From NCBI GenBank assembly GCA_016124235.1, contig WGOC01000017.1, positions 290,967 through 354,966 of the forward strand: a stretch of 64,000 bases of DNA, given 5' to 3'. The notes below the pieces were generated by a model. It was not told the DNA's origin and did no database searches. It worked only from the letters and a program-made list of their open reading frames with translations. The DNA comes from a bacterium. GTDB lineage: Bacteria; Verrucomicrobiota; Verrucomicrobiia; Limisphaerales; RI-55. Numbering within the stretch: the stretch's first letter is position 1; every line of letters starts with the position of its first letter. Position numbers and translations under genes: made by a program. This document shows, piece by piece, positions 1 to 9,238 of this stretch.

Positions 1-611
1 CGCCTTGCACGCCTTCAATCAAGACGGCGACCGTAGCCGGCGAGATGGCATCTTCGACCGCTTTCAAATCGTTGTACGGCACATGCCGGAAACCGGGCAT
101 AATCGGTTCGAAACCTTTTTTTACCTTGTCCTGACCGGTCGCAGCAATGCCGCCGAGCGTCCGACCGTGAAAGGAATTGGTCGCGGCGACGATCTCGAAC
201 CGGCCTTCGTCGTGACCGAACTTGCGGGCGAGTTTGTAAAGTCCTTCGTTCGCTTCCGCGCCGGAATTGCAGAAGAACACTTTGCCAGGCGCGATATGCT
301 CAACAATTTTTTTCGCGAGCCGACCCTGCGGCGCGTGGTAATACAAATTTGAGACATGCATCAACTCGCGCGATTGCTCAACGAGCGCCGCAGTGATTTC
401 CGGATTGGCGTGACCGAGCGCGCACACCGCGATGCCACCGCCGAGGTCGAGGTAACGCTTACCGCGAACGTCCCAGAGATAACTTCCCTGCCCGCGTTTG
501 AACGTCAGGTCAAATCGCCCGTAGCTGGGCACAACGAACTTGTTGAACAGCTCCTGGATTTGTTGCTGTTCGTTCTGAACGATCGGCGGTGGGGGGATGA
601 TCTCTTTCATC
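1..611 (-). CDS. argD: Class III aminotransferase, acetylornithine aminotransferase-like; C-terminal part lies beyond the window start; apparent 1-nt frameshift near position 540
   Basis: Minus-strand translation reads FVVPSYGRFDLTFKRGQGSYLWDVRGKRYLDLGGGIAVCALGHANPEI...LYYHAPQGRLAKKIVEHIAPGKVFFCNSGAEANEGLYKLARKFG...TNSFHGRTLGGIAATGQDKVKKGFEPIMPGFRHVPYND, continuous to position 1. A plausible N-terminus MKEIIPPPPIVQNEQQQIQELFNK starts at the ATG whose complement is 609-611, but it is in a different frame. The two frames meet at the A-run AACAAAG (complement of about 537-545). The track ORFs 5..352(+) and 356..661(+) are antisense to this gene. Confidence 0.75.
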
Positions 612-670
612 GCGCGGCGTGCATTGCTGGACAAGCAGCCGGCAAACTCAAGCAGAAATGACAGGTGGAA

Positions 671-1654
671 TTATTGTTTGTCTAGTGATCCAGGCACATA
701 TCCGACGCGCTCGTAAATATCCGTCAATGGCACTTCCGCCCCATCGCGGCGTTTGCTTTCGTCTGCCGCTTCCATGAAAGCAAAGATCTCGATCGTCTCC
801 GCGGCGGCGAACGGCACTTCGCGGGTCTGGAAGAACTTCACTGCTGCGACAACCAACGGCGCGTAACCGTCATACGCGCCGACATCCATCTCGCCTTTCT
901 CACCTTTGGCATGGCCGCTATAGCCCTTCGACTCGACGTACGTGCCGGTGCGCCCGCCGGACCACGTGCCGGTGACCACGAGTTCGCCGGCGGAATTGGT
1001 GCTGCGCTTCACGCTTTCGCATCCGGTGCCCATCACCGTGAACAATGATTCCACACCGTGGACGGCGTACCAGAACATGTCCGGATGACTTGGCTCAACG
1101 TGATACGGACTGCTCGTCTGCGCGCTTAATACCTTGCCGATGGCGCCACTGTGAACGGCCTGCGTGTTTTTTCCGTAACGCAAAGATGACGCACTGAAGA
1201 CGGGAACGTTGTGTTCTTTTGCCAGTTTAAAAATCGCAATCACGTCACCGAGCGAACCGGCCATCGGTTTGTCGATGTAGATTGGCTTTCCGGCCTGAAT
1301 AACCGGGATCGCCTGCCACAGATGCGGCCGTCCATCGACACTTTCCAGCATCACGGCATCAACGTGCTGGCACATTTCCTCAATCGTCGGATAGAGCGTC
1401 ACGCCGTACTTTTCGGTGAGCTCCTTGGTGTAGCCCTCGATTCTCGATGCGCTTGATTCGATGTCCGGACTGCCGCCCTTGAACGCCGCGACCACACGTG
1501 CGCCGGCAACGTGATCCTTTTGCGAGGCGTCGTTCAGTATCTTGGTAAAAGCGCTGACGTGCGAGGTATCGAGTCCGATCATGCCGATGCGCAGATCGGC
1601 CGCGGACGTCGTCAGCGTGAGAGCGAAGAACGCAGCAAGAATGTGTTTGGGCAT
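671..1654 (-). CDS. Gfo/Idh/MocA-family NAD(P)-dependent oxidoreductase with N-terminal signal peptide
   Basis: N-terminus MPKHILAAFFALTLTTSAADLRIGMIGLDTSH shows a signal peptide followed by a Rossmann GxGxxG-like motif. Overall it resembles the Gfo/Idh/MocA fold. ATG start at 1654. Confidence 0.7.
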   Translation of the reverse strand: MPKHILAAFFALTLTTSAADLRIGMIGLDTSHVSAFTKILNDASQKDHVAGARVVAAFKGGSPDIESSASRIEGYTKELTEKYGVTLYPTIEEMCQHVDAVMLESVDGRPHLWQAIPVIQAGKPIYIDKPMAGSLGDVIAIFKLAKEHNVPVFSASSLRYGKNTQAVHSGAIGKVLSAQTSSPYHVEPSHPDMFWYAVHGVESLFTVMGTGCESVKRSTNSAGELVVTGTWSGGRTGTYVESKGYSGHAKGEKGEMDVGAYDGYAPLVVAAVKFFQTREVPFAAAETIEIFAFMEAADESKRRDGAEVPLTDIYERVGYVPGSLDKQ

Positions 1655-1760
1655 GCGTCTGTTGTCGCTTTACGACGCACGCAAGGCAAGAGCAGAGGCT
1701 GCGTTGAACGCAGATTCAAATTGCTACCGAACAACGACTGTCGCCGGCGTGTGGACCAGC

Positions 1761-2555
1761 TCAGTGGCGTGGATCCGGCACGTCAGTGGGCAACCCCTCG
1801 GCCTCGATGGCCTCGGCAAATTTCCACTGGAAGAGACGGGTCTTGCCGATACCCCGAATTTCGTGAACCACCTCATTGAAATCGTTGGCCTTCAACGCGG
1901 CCTCGATTTCAGTCTTTTTATTCAACGGCAACGCATTGAAGGAAACGGTCACGCCGTTCGGGCGCGACAGGCTCTCCAAGCGAGCGGCCATATTAATTGT
2001 GCCACCACAGTAGTCCCGGTAGCGGAAGAAATTCGGATTAGTTTTGTCGCGGTAGAGCAACCGTTGAAAGGAACCGATCGCGATTCCAATTCCAACGTTG
2101 TATTTTTCCGGTGCGAAGTCCGCGGAGACTTCGTAGAAATTTTTCACGACCTCCTGGCCCACGCACGCCAGGCCGGTGATTTCGTCGACAGTGATGTCGG
2201 TGATCGAACCCTGTTCAGCAATCCAAATCAGCATCAAGCCATCCCCGAGTTCCTTGGCAAACGTAGTGTAACGATCCTTGGCATTAGCTTTCAGCGATTC
2301 AGCTGAGAGATGTTGGCTCAGAACGCGGCGGAAGCACGCCAGCAGGCTGATGGCGTAATCCGAGTTGGCGTCCATGTACGAGGAAAAGTCCCGAATGTCC
2401 GCAAACATGACGATCCCGTTGTGCAGCTCCGCCTTGATGTACTCGTCTTCGAGGGTCGGAAATTTGGAAACGGGCGCAGGTTTTTCCCCGTCGCCATTCA
2501 AATCCACCCGTGATTTTGCGGGCGGAACAAGGGTCGTCTGTCCGAAATTGCTCAT
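1761..2555 (-). CDS. Class III adenylate/guanylate cyclase catalytic-domain protein
   Basis: Motifs VMFADIRDFSSYMD and GGTINMAARLESLS are hallmarks of class III nucleotidyl cyclases. Confidence 0.65.
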   Translation of the reverse strand: MSNFGQTTLVPPAKSRVDLNGDGEKPAPVSKFPTLEDEYIKAELHNGIVMFADIRDFSSYMDANSDYAISLLACFRRVLSQHLSAESLKANAKDRYTTFAKELGDGLMLIWIAEQGSITDITVDEITGLACVGQEVVKNFYEVSADFAPEKYNVGIGIAIGSFQRLLYRDKTNPNFFRYRDYCGGTINMAARLESLSRPNGVTVSFNALPLNKKTEIEAALKANDFNEVVHEIRGIGKTRLFQWKFAEAIEAEGLPTDVPDPRH

Positions 2556-2650
2556 AAAATCGATCGCACCTGCAGAAAACTTAGCACGTGCAATGCCGAG
2601 ACACGGAATCGCATTCGGGTCGGCGGACTTTTCAGGTCGCCCCGGCGCAA

Positions 2651-3700
2651 TTAATTGCCCGAAACGTGATTGGTCGAGTTGGAGGAAAGTATCGGCAGCC
2701 GAGAAAGTTCGCCGGCCAGAACTCTGGTGAAATGCTCGGCCCCACTCGGATTTAGATGATACACGCTGGCGAAATAGCCGTTCGGCAATCGCACCGGCAA
2801 ATTCGTGAGCAAGTAATCGGCGTGCACTGATTGACTAAATTCACGGAGCAATTGGTCTCGACGGTCTTTGAACGAGGCGGCGATCTGTGAATCCGGCAAC
2901 GGTGTGATGCCGACCGCCAATTTGGGTCCCGCCGGGATGCGTGCACGAAGCTCTGCCGCTTCAAGTTTCACCGCGTCGGTAATAACATAGTGTGAATCCC
3001 GCGATTTATTCAATGGGTTGTAGGAACCGTACTCAACCATCGAACCGTTATGCTTCGGCAGATATCCACGCAAATGATATGCGTGCCCATAAAAGAGTGA
3101 AGCATTGCCGTAGAGCGTCATCGGAACCAAATGACCCGCTATCCGATCCTTCGCAATATCGAGCGCCAGCCATTCTTGCATTGGCGTCGCTTCACTACCG
3201 ATCGATCGACCGGCCAACAAATTGTGCCAAAGCCGCTGGTGGGGCGGACTCATGTTCGCGTTCTGCAATTCCTGCGGCGTGACCAGTAACACCACCAACT
3301 TCACCTGCCCTGGATGGTGTTTGATGAATTCGCCCGCGGCATCGCCATAGATGTCCATCCCGATGCCCATGAACATGCCCTGGTTGAGGACTTCGTTGCC
3401 GTCGGGCAGCAACCTGGTCAGCAACGCTGCCTGAACGTCGATCCCGCTGGTCGAATCACCGATGATGATCACGTTGGCGTCGGAGGGTGCGCGCGACATG
3501 TCATAACGTCGCCGCATGAGGACTTCGTCGGGACTCTCCACCGGCGCGGCAACGGGAAGCCAACCGGCCAGACTTAAGAAATGGAGCAACAAAACAATCG
3601 CCGCAACCCCAAGCAACGTCGGCGCAAATACCCGCACCAATTCACCAGCCTTGAATTGAAGTTCATGACTCGTCGCTGGTGTTGAAGGACGGCTGTTCAT
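2651..3700 (-). CDS. Membrane-anchored SGNH/AlgJ-AlgX/DltD-like protein, partner of the upstream MBOAT
   Basis: It has an N-terminal transmembrane helix and an IIIGDSTSG (GDS-like) motif. It lies directly downstream of the MBOAT gene on the same strand. The ATG at 3700 follows the TTG used by the ORF track. Confidence 0.5.
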   Translation of the reverse strand: MNSRPSTPATSHELQFKAGELVRVFAPTLLGVAAIVLLLHFLSLAGWLPVAAPVESPDEVLMRRRYDMSRAPSDANVIIIGDSTSGIDVQAALLTRLLPDGNEVLNQGMFMGIGMDIYGDAAGEFIKHHPGQVKLVVLLVTPQELQNANMSPPHQRLWHNLLAGRSIGSEATPMQEWLALDIAKDRIAGHLVPMTLYGNASLFYGHAYHLRGYLPKHNGSMVEYGSYNPLNKSRDSHYVITDAVKLEAAELRARIPAGPKLAVGITPLPDSQIAASFKDRRDQLLREFSQSVHADYLLTNLPVRLPNGYFASVYHLNPSGAEHFTRVLAGELSRLPILSSNSTNHVSGN

Positions 3701-3835
3701 CAATTTGCTCGGCCGGCATCACCAAACTTTAAGATGTGTGCACCGTTCCTTGCAGACCTTTCACGGTCGGCGATTTCGCTCATCCGCGCAATCGCATCTA
3801 CCACCAGTACCGAAATGGAATTCAACGTTCTCATT

Positions 3836-5290
3836 CTAGAATTGAAAATAGATGAACGCCGGGGCTTCGCGTTGCCAGAATAGAATGATCGAATAGATCA
3901 ACGCGGCCTGCAACAAACCGCGCGCCCATCGTGGAAGCCGCATCGCCGCCTCCAGGTCGCCCGTTCGGCATTGCCAAATTTGCATCGCCAGAAGCGGTAC
4001 TGAAAGCACGCACAATTCGCGGAACATCACGCCCGCCCAAACCGGCGGATTCCAATTCGCCAGCGAGGCCGTCAGCGTCAGAACTTGCTCGGCCGAGTTC
4101 GCGCGGAAAAGCAACCAGCCATACAGCGTGAACATCATCGTGAGCAGCCAAGCCAGCCAGCCCGGCATGGCGAATCGACTTCCATGATCGGAAAGCCGGG
4201 ACTCTTGCCCGCTTTCGCCCCGTGAAGCAGGCACCCGTTTGCCCACAATGTTTTCACTCCAGAAGCGGTTCACGATTAGACCAATCGCCTGCCAGAGTCC
4301 CCACGCCAGAAAGTTCCAGGCGGCGCCATGCCACAGGCCGCCTAGCAACATTACGATCATTAGGTTCAGATAAGTTCGGCCGGCCGCGATCCGGTTGCCG
4401 CCAAGCGGCAGGTAGAGGTAGTCCCGCAGCCAGGTGGAAAGGCTGATGTGCCAGCGCCGCCAGAAATCCTGCACGCTGGTCGCGAAATACGGCAGATTGA
4501 AATTCACCATCAGATCAAATCCTAGAATGCGCGCAAGGCCTCGAGCCATGTCCGTATAGCCGGAAAAATCACAGTAGATTTGGAACGCAAAGGCTGTGGT
4601 CGCAATCAACGTCTGGCTGGCCTCGGGTTCAATGATTCGAAAGACCGGATCCACGATGTGCGAAAAGCCATCAGCCAGAACCACTTTTTTGAACATGCCC
4701 CAAATGAACAGCCAGACTCCGGACTCCACCATGGAAAGCGTGATCGTCAGCTTGCGCGCCATTTGCGGCAAAAGATGCGCGGCGCGTTCAATGGGACCCG
4801 CCACCAGTTGCGGGAAGAACGACACGTACGCCATGAACTGCATCAAGTTTCGCGTCGCCGGAATCTGGCCCCGATACACATCAATCGTGTAGCTCAACGT
4901 CTGGAAGGTGTAAAACGAGATCCCCACCGGCAGCACAAATTGCAGGCCCGTCCATTGAACATCGACCCCGAATTGAGCGAGCAACAATCGCGTGCTTTCG
5001 CGAAAAAAATCGAAGTATTTGAAAAAGAACAGAACGCCGAGATTGGTGACCAGACTGACCAGCAGCAACGAACGCCGCGCTCGAAATCGATCCATCGCGA
5101 GCGCCACGAGATAGTCAACGACGCTCGAGAAAAGCAGCAGCGCCGTGAACCGGTAATCCCACCAAGCGTAAAAGATGTAGCTCGCGACGACAATCAACCC
5201 GTTGCGGGCAGCCAGACGATCACGGACCACATACCACGCCAGCAAAAAGACCCCGAAGAAGACCAGGAAGTCGGTTGAATTGAAGAGCAT
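3836..5290 (-). CDS. MBOAT-family membrane O-acyltransferase (AlgI/DltB-like)
   Basis: Multi-transmembrane protein whose N-terminus MLFNSTDFLVFFGVFLLAWYVV resembles AlgI. It carries the conserved His motif FWRRWHISLSTWLRDYLYLPLGGNR. Confidence 0.85.
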   Translation of the reverse strand: MLFNSTDFLVFFGVFLLAWYVVRDRLAARNGLIVVASYIFYAWWDYRFTALLLFSSVVDYLVALAMDRFRARRSLLLVSLVTNLGVLFFFKYFDFFRESTRLLLAQFGVDVQWTGLQFVLPVGISFYTFQTLSYTIDVYRGQIPATRNLMQFMAYVSFFPQLVAGPIERAAHLLPQMARKLTITLSMVESGVWLFIWGMFKKVVLADGFSHIVDPVFRIIEPEASQTLIATTAFAFQIYCDFSGYTDMARGLARILGFDLMVNFNLPYFATSVQDFWRRWHISLSTWLRDYLYLPLGGNRIAAGRTYLNLMIVMLLGGLWHGAAWNFLAWGLWQAIGLIVNRFWSENIVGKRVPASRGESGQESRLSDHGSRFAMPGWLAWLLTMMFTLYGWLLFRANSAEQVLTLTASLANWNPPVWAGVMFRELCVLSVPLLAMQIWQCRTGDLEAAMRLPRWARGLLQAALIYSIILFWQREAPAFIYFQF

Positions 5291-5365
5291 GGCGGCGCGT
5301 GGGAACGCGATGATTTAGCACCAATGCCACGCAGCCTTCAAGATTCTCAATTTAGCTGGGCGCAA

Positions 5366-6556
5366 CTATTGGAGTTCCTTGAGAACATCATCCAGTCCAC
5401 CGGCGACCGGTTCGATTTCGATCCGACCACCGGAATCATTTGATGCTCTTTCAGGTGTTTTGCGCGGTGCCTTGGGAACATCCGATCGCAACGGCGGGAG
5501 TTTCACCAGGCCTGGCCGTTCCTCGGAAACCTCAACTGCTGGCGAGCCCGCTTTCGGAACGTGCCAGTCACTCTTTTTGGCCATCCACGCTTGGTAACGG
5601 GCAAACGTCCACATCCCGGCTTCGGCGCCAGTCTCCATCACGGACGAAATCTTGAAAAAATCCCGGCTGCGGATGTGCGCTTTCACCGGATTGGTCGGGC
5701 GCAGAATTTCCAGCTCCGGCAACGTGATGTTGAGATCCGCGCGATAACGCAATCGTTGGCAGACGACTCCCACCAAACAATCGGCGACCTGCGCGGCAAT
5801 GCTGTTTTGAATGTCCGCCGGGAACGCACCGATCACCCGTTGCAGTGCCTCAACACAGCTCGACGAATGGACCGTGGCCAATACTAGGTGGCCCGTTTCC
5901 GCCGCGCTCAAGGTCAACCGCATCGTCTCGGGATCACGCATTTCGCCGACCATCAGCACATCCGGATCTTCACGCAGCGAATCCAACAGACCCTGCTCAA
6001 ACGATGGTGTGTCGCGGCCAACTTCGCGTTGACGGATGAAGGCGTTCTTCGGGCGAAAGACATATTCGATCGGGCTTTCCAGCGTGAGGACATGGCGCGC
6101 TTCCGCCTGATTCAATTCCTGGATCAACGCCGCCATCGTCGAGGATTTGCCGCTGCCCGTCGGCCCGCTCACCAGGATCAAACCGTGCGGCAATTGAACC
6201 AACTCCTTGAGGGAGGGATGCAGGTTCAGCGTCTGCAAGGTCGCTTCGAACGAACTCAGCAAACGAATGGCAAAACCAATTCCGCGCGATGATTGAAACA
6301 CGTTGACCCGGCAACGCACGCCCGCGATGCGTCGCGAACCATCGAACGAGCGTCGTTGCACAAACTCATTCCACGACTCCTCACCAATCAGACGGCGGGC
6401 AAGACCCAGCAGCAGTTGACCGTCAATCGGCGAGCCCTGTGTCAACAACCGACCCTGCACGCGCACGGCCGGCGGCAAGTCCGGCTCCAGATGAAGATCA
6501 CTCGCGCCCTGTGCGGCGGCGGCACTTACAAATTCTTCCAAAGTCTGCGTTTCCAT
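5366..6556 (-). CDS. pilT: Type IV pilus retraction ATPase PilT-family protein
   Basis: Walker A GPTGSGKSST and near-collinear similarity to PilT (ASDLHL, LVLATVHSSS, REDPDVLMVGEMRD). It has a roughly 60-aa C-terminal extension. Confidence 0.85.
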   Translation of the reverse strand: METQTLEEFVSAAAAQGASDLHLEPDLPPAVRVQGRLLTQGSPIDGQLLLGLARRLIGEESWNEFVQRRSFDGSRRIAGVRCRVNVFQSSRGIGFAIRLLSSFEATLQTLNLHPSLKELVQLPHGLILVSGPTGSGKSSTMAALIQELNQAEARHVLTLESPIEYVFRPKNAFIRQREVGRDTPSFEQGLLDSLREDPDVLMVGEMRDPETMRLTLSAAETGHLVLATVHSSSCVEALQRVIGAFPADIQNSIAAQVADCLVGVVCQRLRYRADLNITLPELEILRPTNPVKAHIRSRDFFKISSVMETGAEAGMWTFARYQAWMAKKSDWHVPKAGSPAVEVSEERPGLVKLPPLRSDVPKAPRKTPERASNDSGGRIEIEPVAGGLDDVLKELQ

Positions 6557-6558
6557 GA

Positions 6559-7026
6559 TCAGCGCAATTCAATGACGTCGCCCGCCTCCACCGGCGGATC
6601 AACACCCCGCAGAAGCTCCGTCGGATTCACCGGAATGATCCGCCCCTTGCGGCGAATATTGATCGCCATCGGATCCTGCGACGAGGTGTAAACGGCTTCA
6701 ACAATTGCTTTGGCCACCGTCAAACCCTCATGCCACGGAATGGCGGGCTTCCGCACCGGGCCACGAACAAACACGTGGGTCATATTCATTTCGGCCGCTT
6801 TCTGGCCCTGCTGAAGGCCCGCTTCAAAGGCCCGACGCGCCTGCTCTTGTGCAGCTTGCTTGCTCACGCAACCAGGCAGCAAGCCAACGCATAAACCGAC
6901 CGCAATGATACCAACCGCCACCTTCAAGACTCCGCCACCCGCGCGGCCGACCCTTTTCAATCCGCATAAGCACGAAGCTGGCAAACCACGCGGCGGCGTC
7001 ATTATTCGATGTTCAATAGCCGGCAT
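6559..7026 (-). CDS. Lipoprotein with an SLBB-like (soluble-ligand-binding beta-grasp) C-terminal region
   Basis: Lipobox LLPGC lies behind a hydrophobic stretch. The C-terminal GDVIEL motif is typical of SLBB domains. Its start is 2 bp upstream of pilT. Confidence 0.4.
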   Translation of the reverse strand: MPAIEHRIMTPPRGLPASCLCGLKRVGRAGGGVLKVAVGIIAVGLCVGLLPGCVSKQAAQEQARRAFEAGLQQGQKAAEMNMTHVFVRGPVRKPAIPWHEGLTVAKAIVEAVYTSSQDPMAINIRRKGRIIPVNPTELLRGVDPPVEAGDVIELR

Positions 7027-7029
7027 TTC

Positions 7030-7512
7030 TCAGCAACTGGTCGGCACGCCCTGGATGACTTTCACGCAATGCGGAATCGCGCCAACGACGAAACTTAAAC
7101 ACTCGACCGCCCCACTTGGTTTCCCGGGAAGCGCGATCACCAGGGCCGAGTCAACGACGGCCGCGAGATTGCGCGACAGAATGGCGTTCTTGGTAATCTT
7201 GAGCGATTCCATCCGCATCGCTTCACCAAAACCCGGCAACTCGCGCGACGCAATCTCGCGGATGGCCTCCGGCGTCACATCTCGGGGAGCGACGCCGGTT
7301 CCACCGGTGGTCAGCACCAGACTGCAACCCTGGTTAACGAATTCGCGAATCGCGCGCTGGATGTCGCGCTTTTCATCCGGCACCAGACTCTCGCCGGTGA
7401 TACTCCACCCGTAGCCAGTGGCGGCCTCCTTCAAAGCCGGCCCGCCCAGGTCGTCATATTCCCCCTTCGACGCGCGATCGGAAACGGTGACAATTCCCAC
7501 ATTGATTTGCAT
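7030..7512 (-). CDS. mogA: Molybdopterin adenylyltransferase MogA/MoaB family
   Basis: MQINVGIVTVSDRASKGEYDD...LVLTTGGTGVAPRDVTPEA is the classic MogA fold signature. Confidence 0.8.
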   Translation of the reverse strand: MQINVGIVTVSDRASKGEYDDLGGPALKEAATGYGWSITGESLVPDEKRDIQRAIREFVNQGCSLVLTTGGTGVAPRDVTPEAIREIASRELPGFGEAMRMESLKITKNAILSRNLAAVVDSALVIALPGKPSGAVECLSFVVGAIPHCVKVIQGVPTSC

Positions 7513-7579
7513 GGCGGCAGAGTGCTTGAGAACGGCCGCGAGGTGAAGCGCGAAAGCGACGACGGGACGACGACGAAAA

Positions 7580-7608
7580 CTTTACCGTTTCTTTACTGTT
7601 TCTTTACC
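7580..7608. repeat. Three tandem roughly 11-bp direct repeats (CTTTACCGTTT / CTTTACTGTTT / CTTTACC) in the mogA-lipoprotein-pilT upstream region
   Basis: Seen directly in the sequence. The repeats sit about 70 bp upstream of the mogA start and are followed by the inverted repeat AAAACTgAGTTTT. Confidence 0.4.
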
Positions 7609-8158
7609 AAAACTGAGTTTTGGAATGTGCCACCGCAGAGATTGGGGCAAATTGGGAAAGGTGACACGATGGATTCCGAAGACAGCTGCGCGGGCTTACA
7701 CCGCAACGACTCCCGCTCCTCCGCGGAGCGGCGAACAGGGTCGAGGAGAGGCGGTCTCTTAAACACTCCCAGCTCCTCAATCTTCTCCCCGCGCCGGCGG
7801 GGCGAGGACGACCGGTACGCGCTCCCAATGAATCTTTGGCGTGTGCGCAGCAAGGTGAGCGGTTTGTCGCACCGGAAGCCAATTTTCTGACAAGCACTCA
7901 TGTGAGTGAAACTAGCCGGGACGGTTGAGGGCCGCACGGGCATTTTGAGGCAACGCGAAGAAAGTCATGCAAGTTCGCGAAGACTTGCACGCCGACGTGG
8001 AGCACTCATGCCAGCTGCCCGAACTCCTGCTGGACCAGCGGCGTCGCAGACACTCCACAGCGCGGAATGGATCGATTTCGAAAATAACATCTGTATCGTT
8101 CGCTCGGGCACTCCCTGCCCCAGCAAGCGCACTGTCCGAGACCATTGCATCGTTCCGG

Positions 8159-8362
8159 TTACGGCAGAAACTCTACCTTGAAAAAGCGATAGTCGTCGGC
8201 GCCCCAGCCTTCGATCACCACATCCAAAAAGGCACTGCCCGGCGTCACCAACACGTTCAATATCGGTTCCCAGGTTCCGAAGTCGGTCGTTGTGTACACC
8301 TGATAGCTCTCACCCGCCACGCCGTTCAGCGGGAAGTGAAACGCTCCGTCAACGACCCTCAC
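8159..8362 (-). CDS. Orphan 67-aa ORF, probably a gene remnant (beta-strand-rich C-terminal fragment)
   Basis: YQVYTTTDFGTWEPILNVLVTPGSAFLDVVIEGW...RFFKVEFLP looks like the tail of a larger secreted protein. It is isolated within a 1-kb noncoding stretch. Confidence 0.2.
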   Translation of the reverse strand: MRVVDGAFHFPLNGVAGESYQVYTTTDFGTWEPILNVLVTPGSAFLDVVIEGWGADDYRFFKVEFLP

Positions 8363-8532
8363 GTTACTGATGCTGGGGCGACCAAGATATCACGAAAACG
8401 CTTCGACTGACTGGTTGAACGCGCTCAGTCCGCCAATTCGTGCCGCCAGACGATCAGCACACATTCGATTTCAACTGCAACTCCGCGCTTGCACGGGCCG
8501 GGGACGTTCCCTACTTTGCCGCCCTGCTTTGG

Positions 8533-8619
8533 GCCGGTGTGGCGGAATTGGCAGACGCGCTAGACTCAAAATCTGGTGTCCTTGCGGACGTGGGGGTTCG
8601 AGCCCCTCCACCGGTACCA
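8533..8619 (+). tRNA. tRNA-Leu (anticodon CAA), type II with long variable arm and encoded CCA
   Basis: GCCGGTGTGGCGGAATTGGCAGACGCGCTAGACTCAAAATCTGGTGTCCTTGCGGACGTGGGGGTTCGAGCCCCTCCACCGGTACCA is near-collinear with E. coli tRNA-Leu. Acceptor stem is GCCGGTG/CACCGGT, anticodon loop is CT-CAA-AA, and the T-loop is GGTTCGAGCC. Confidence 0.9.
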
Positions 8620-8654
8620 ACCTGAATACCCCCTTCTTTTGTTGTGACTTGACC

Positions 8655-8700
8655 CATAAAATGGCCGCATCGGCCTCTTTATGCCCCCGGCCATTTTATG
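8655..8700. repeat. Perfect 13-bp inverted repeat (CATAAAATGGCCG ... CGGCCATTTTATG) with 20-nt loop, 36 bp downstream of tRNA-Leu
   Basis: Seen directly in the sequence. A second 7-bp inverted repeat (ACATTTC/GAAATGT, 8708-8735) follows. Confidence 0.5.
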
Positions 8701-9238
8701 CCTCGAGACATTTCGTCGCTATTTAAGAGAAATGTGGCCAAGAATCGCCAAACACTCGGCCAAGTTTTGGTTCAACTTCAATGGCATTCCCGATTTGGGT
8801 TGAAGCCGAATGAATTGGGGGCAGCAGAGACTGACGTGAAATCGAGGAGTTCAACTCGATTGGGTCAGAACGACATTAGTGCAGATTGGCCTCCGGGTCG
8901 AAGCATCGCGTGGTCAACTATCCCCGACCCGGCCCAGTTCCTCCCGGGCCCGGATCCATTCCTGCCTTGCCACCGCATCCCGCAAGTCGAGATAGCTCGG
9001 CAGTTCTGCCCGAACGCGGCCGGCGCTTGGATACTCAGCCCAGTTCCTCGACCGCAAGGCTCAAGGCCGAAGAGTCTCGTTCTCGGTGGAACTTGCTCGC
9101 ATGTTAAAGCCTCCAGCCCAATGGATGATTCGAAGTGGGGTATCTTCATTGTCGGAGTAGTGGCTCAGTAACAATAGATGTCATCAACTGGGGTGCTGGA
9201 TGACTGCCTCGCCCTCTGGGGCCGCGGCGTGATTCGGC

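Noticed and set aside
7513-8532. Searched for RNase P RNA, tmRNA, 6S and SRP RNA in the long noncoding region
   Set aside because: None of the universally conserved motifs (GGAAAGTCCGG, ACAGAAnCCGGCTTA, tmRNA tag or tRNA-like ends) are present.
8698-9171. 157-aa ORF between tRNA-Leu and nucleotidyltransferase 1
   Set aside because: It is low-complexity (P/S/R-rich), has no motif, and overlaps equally long ORFs in other frames.
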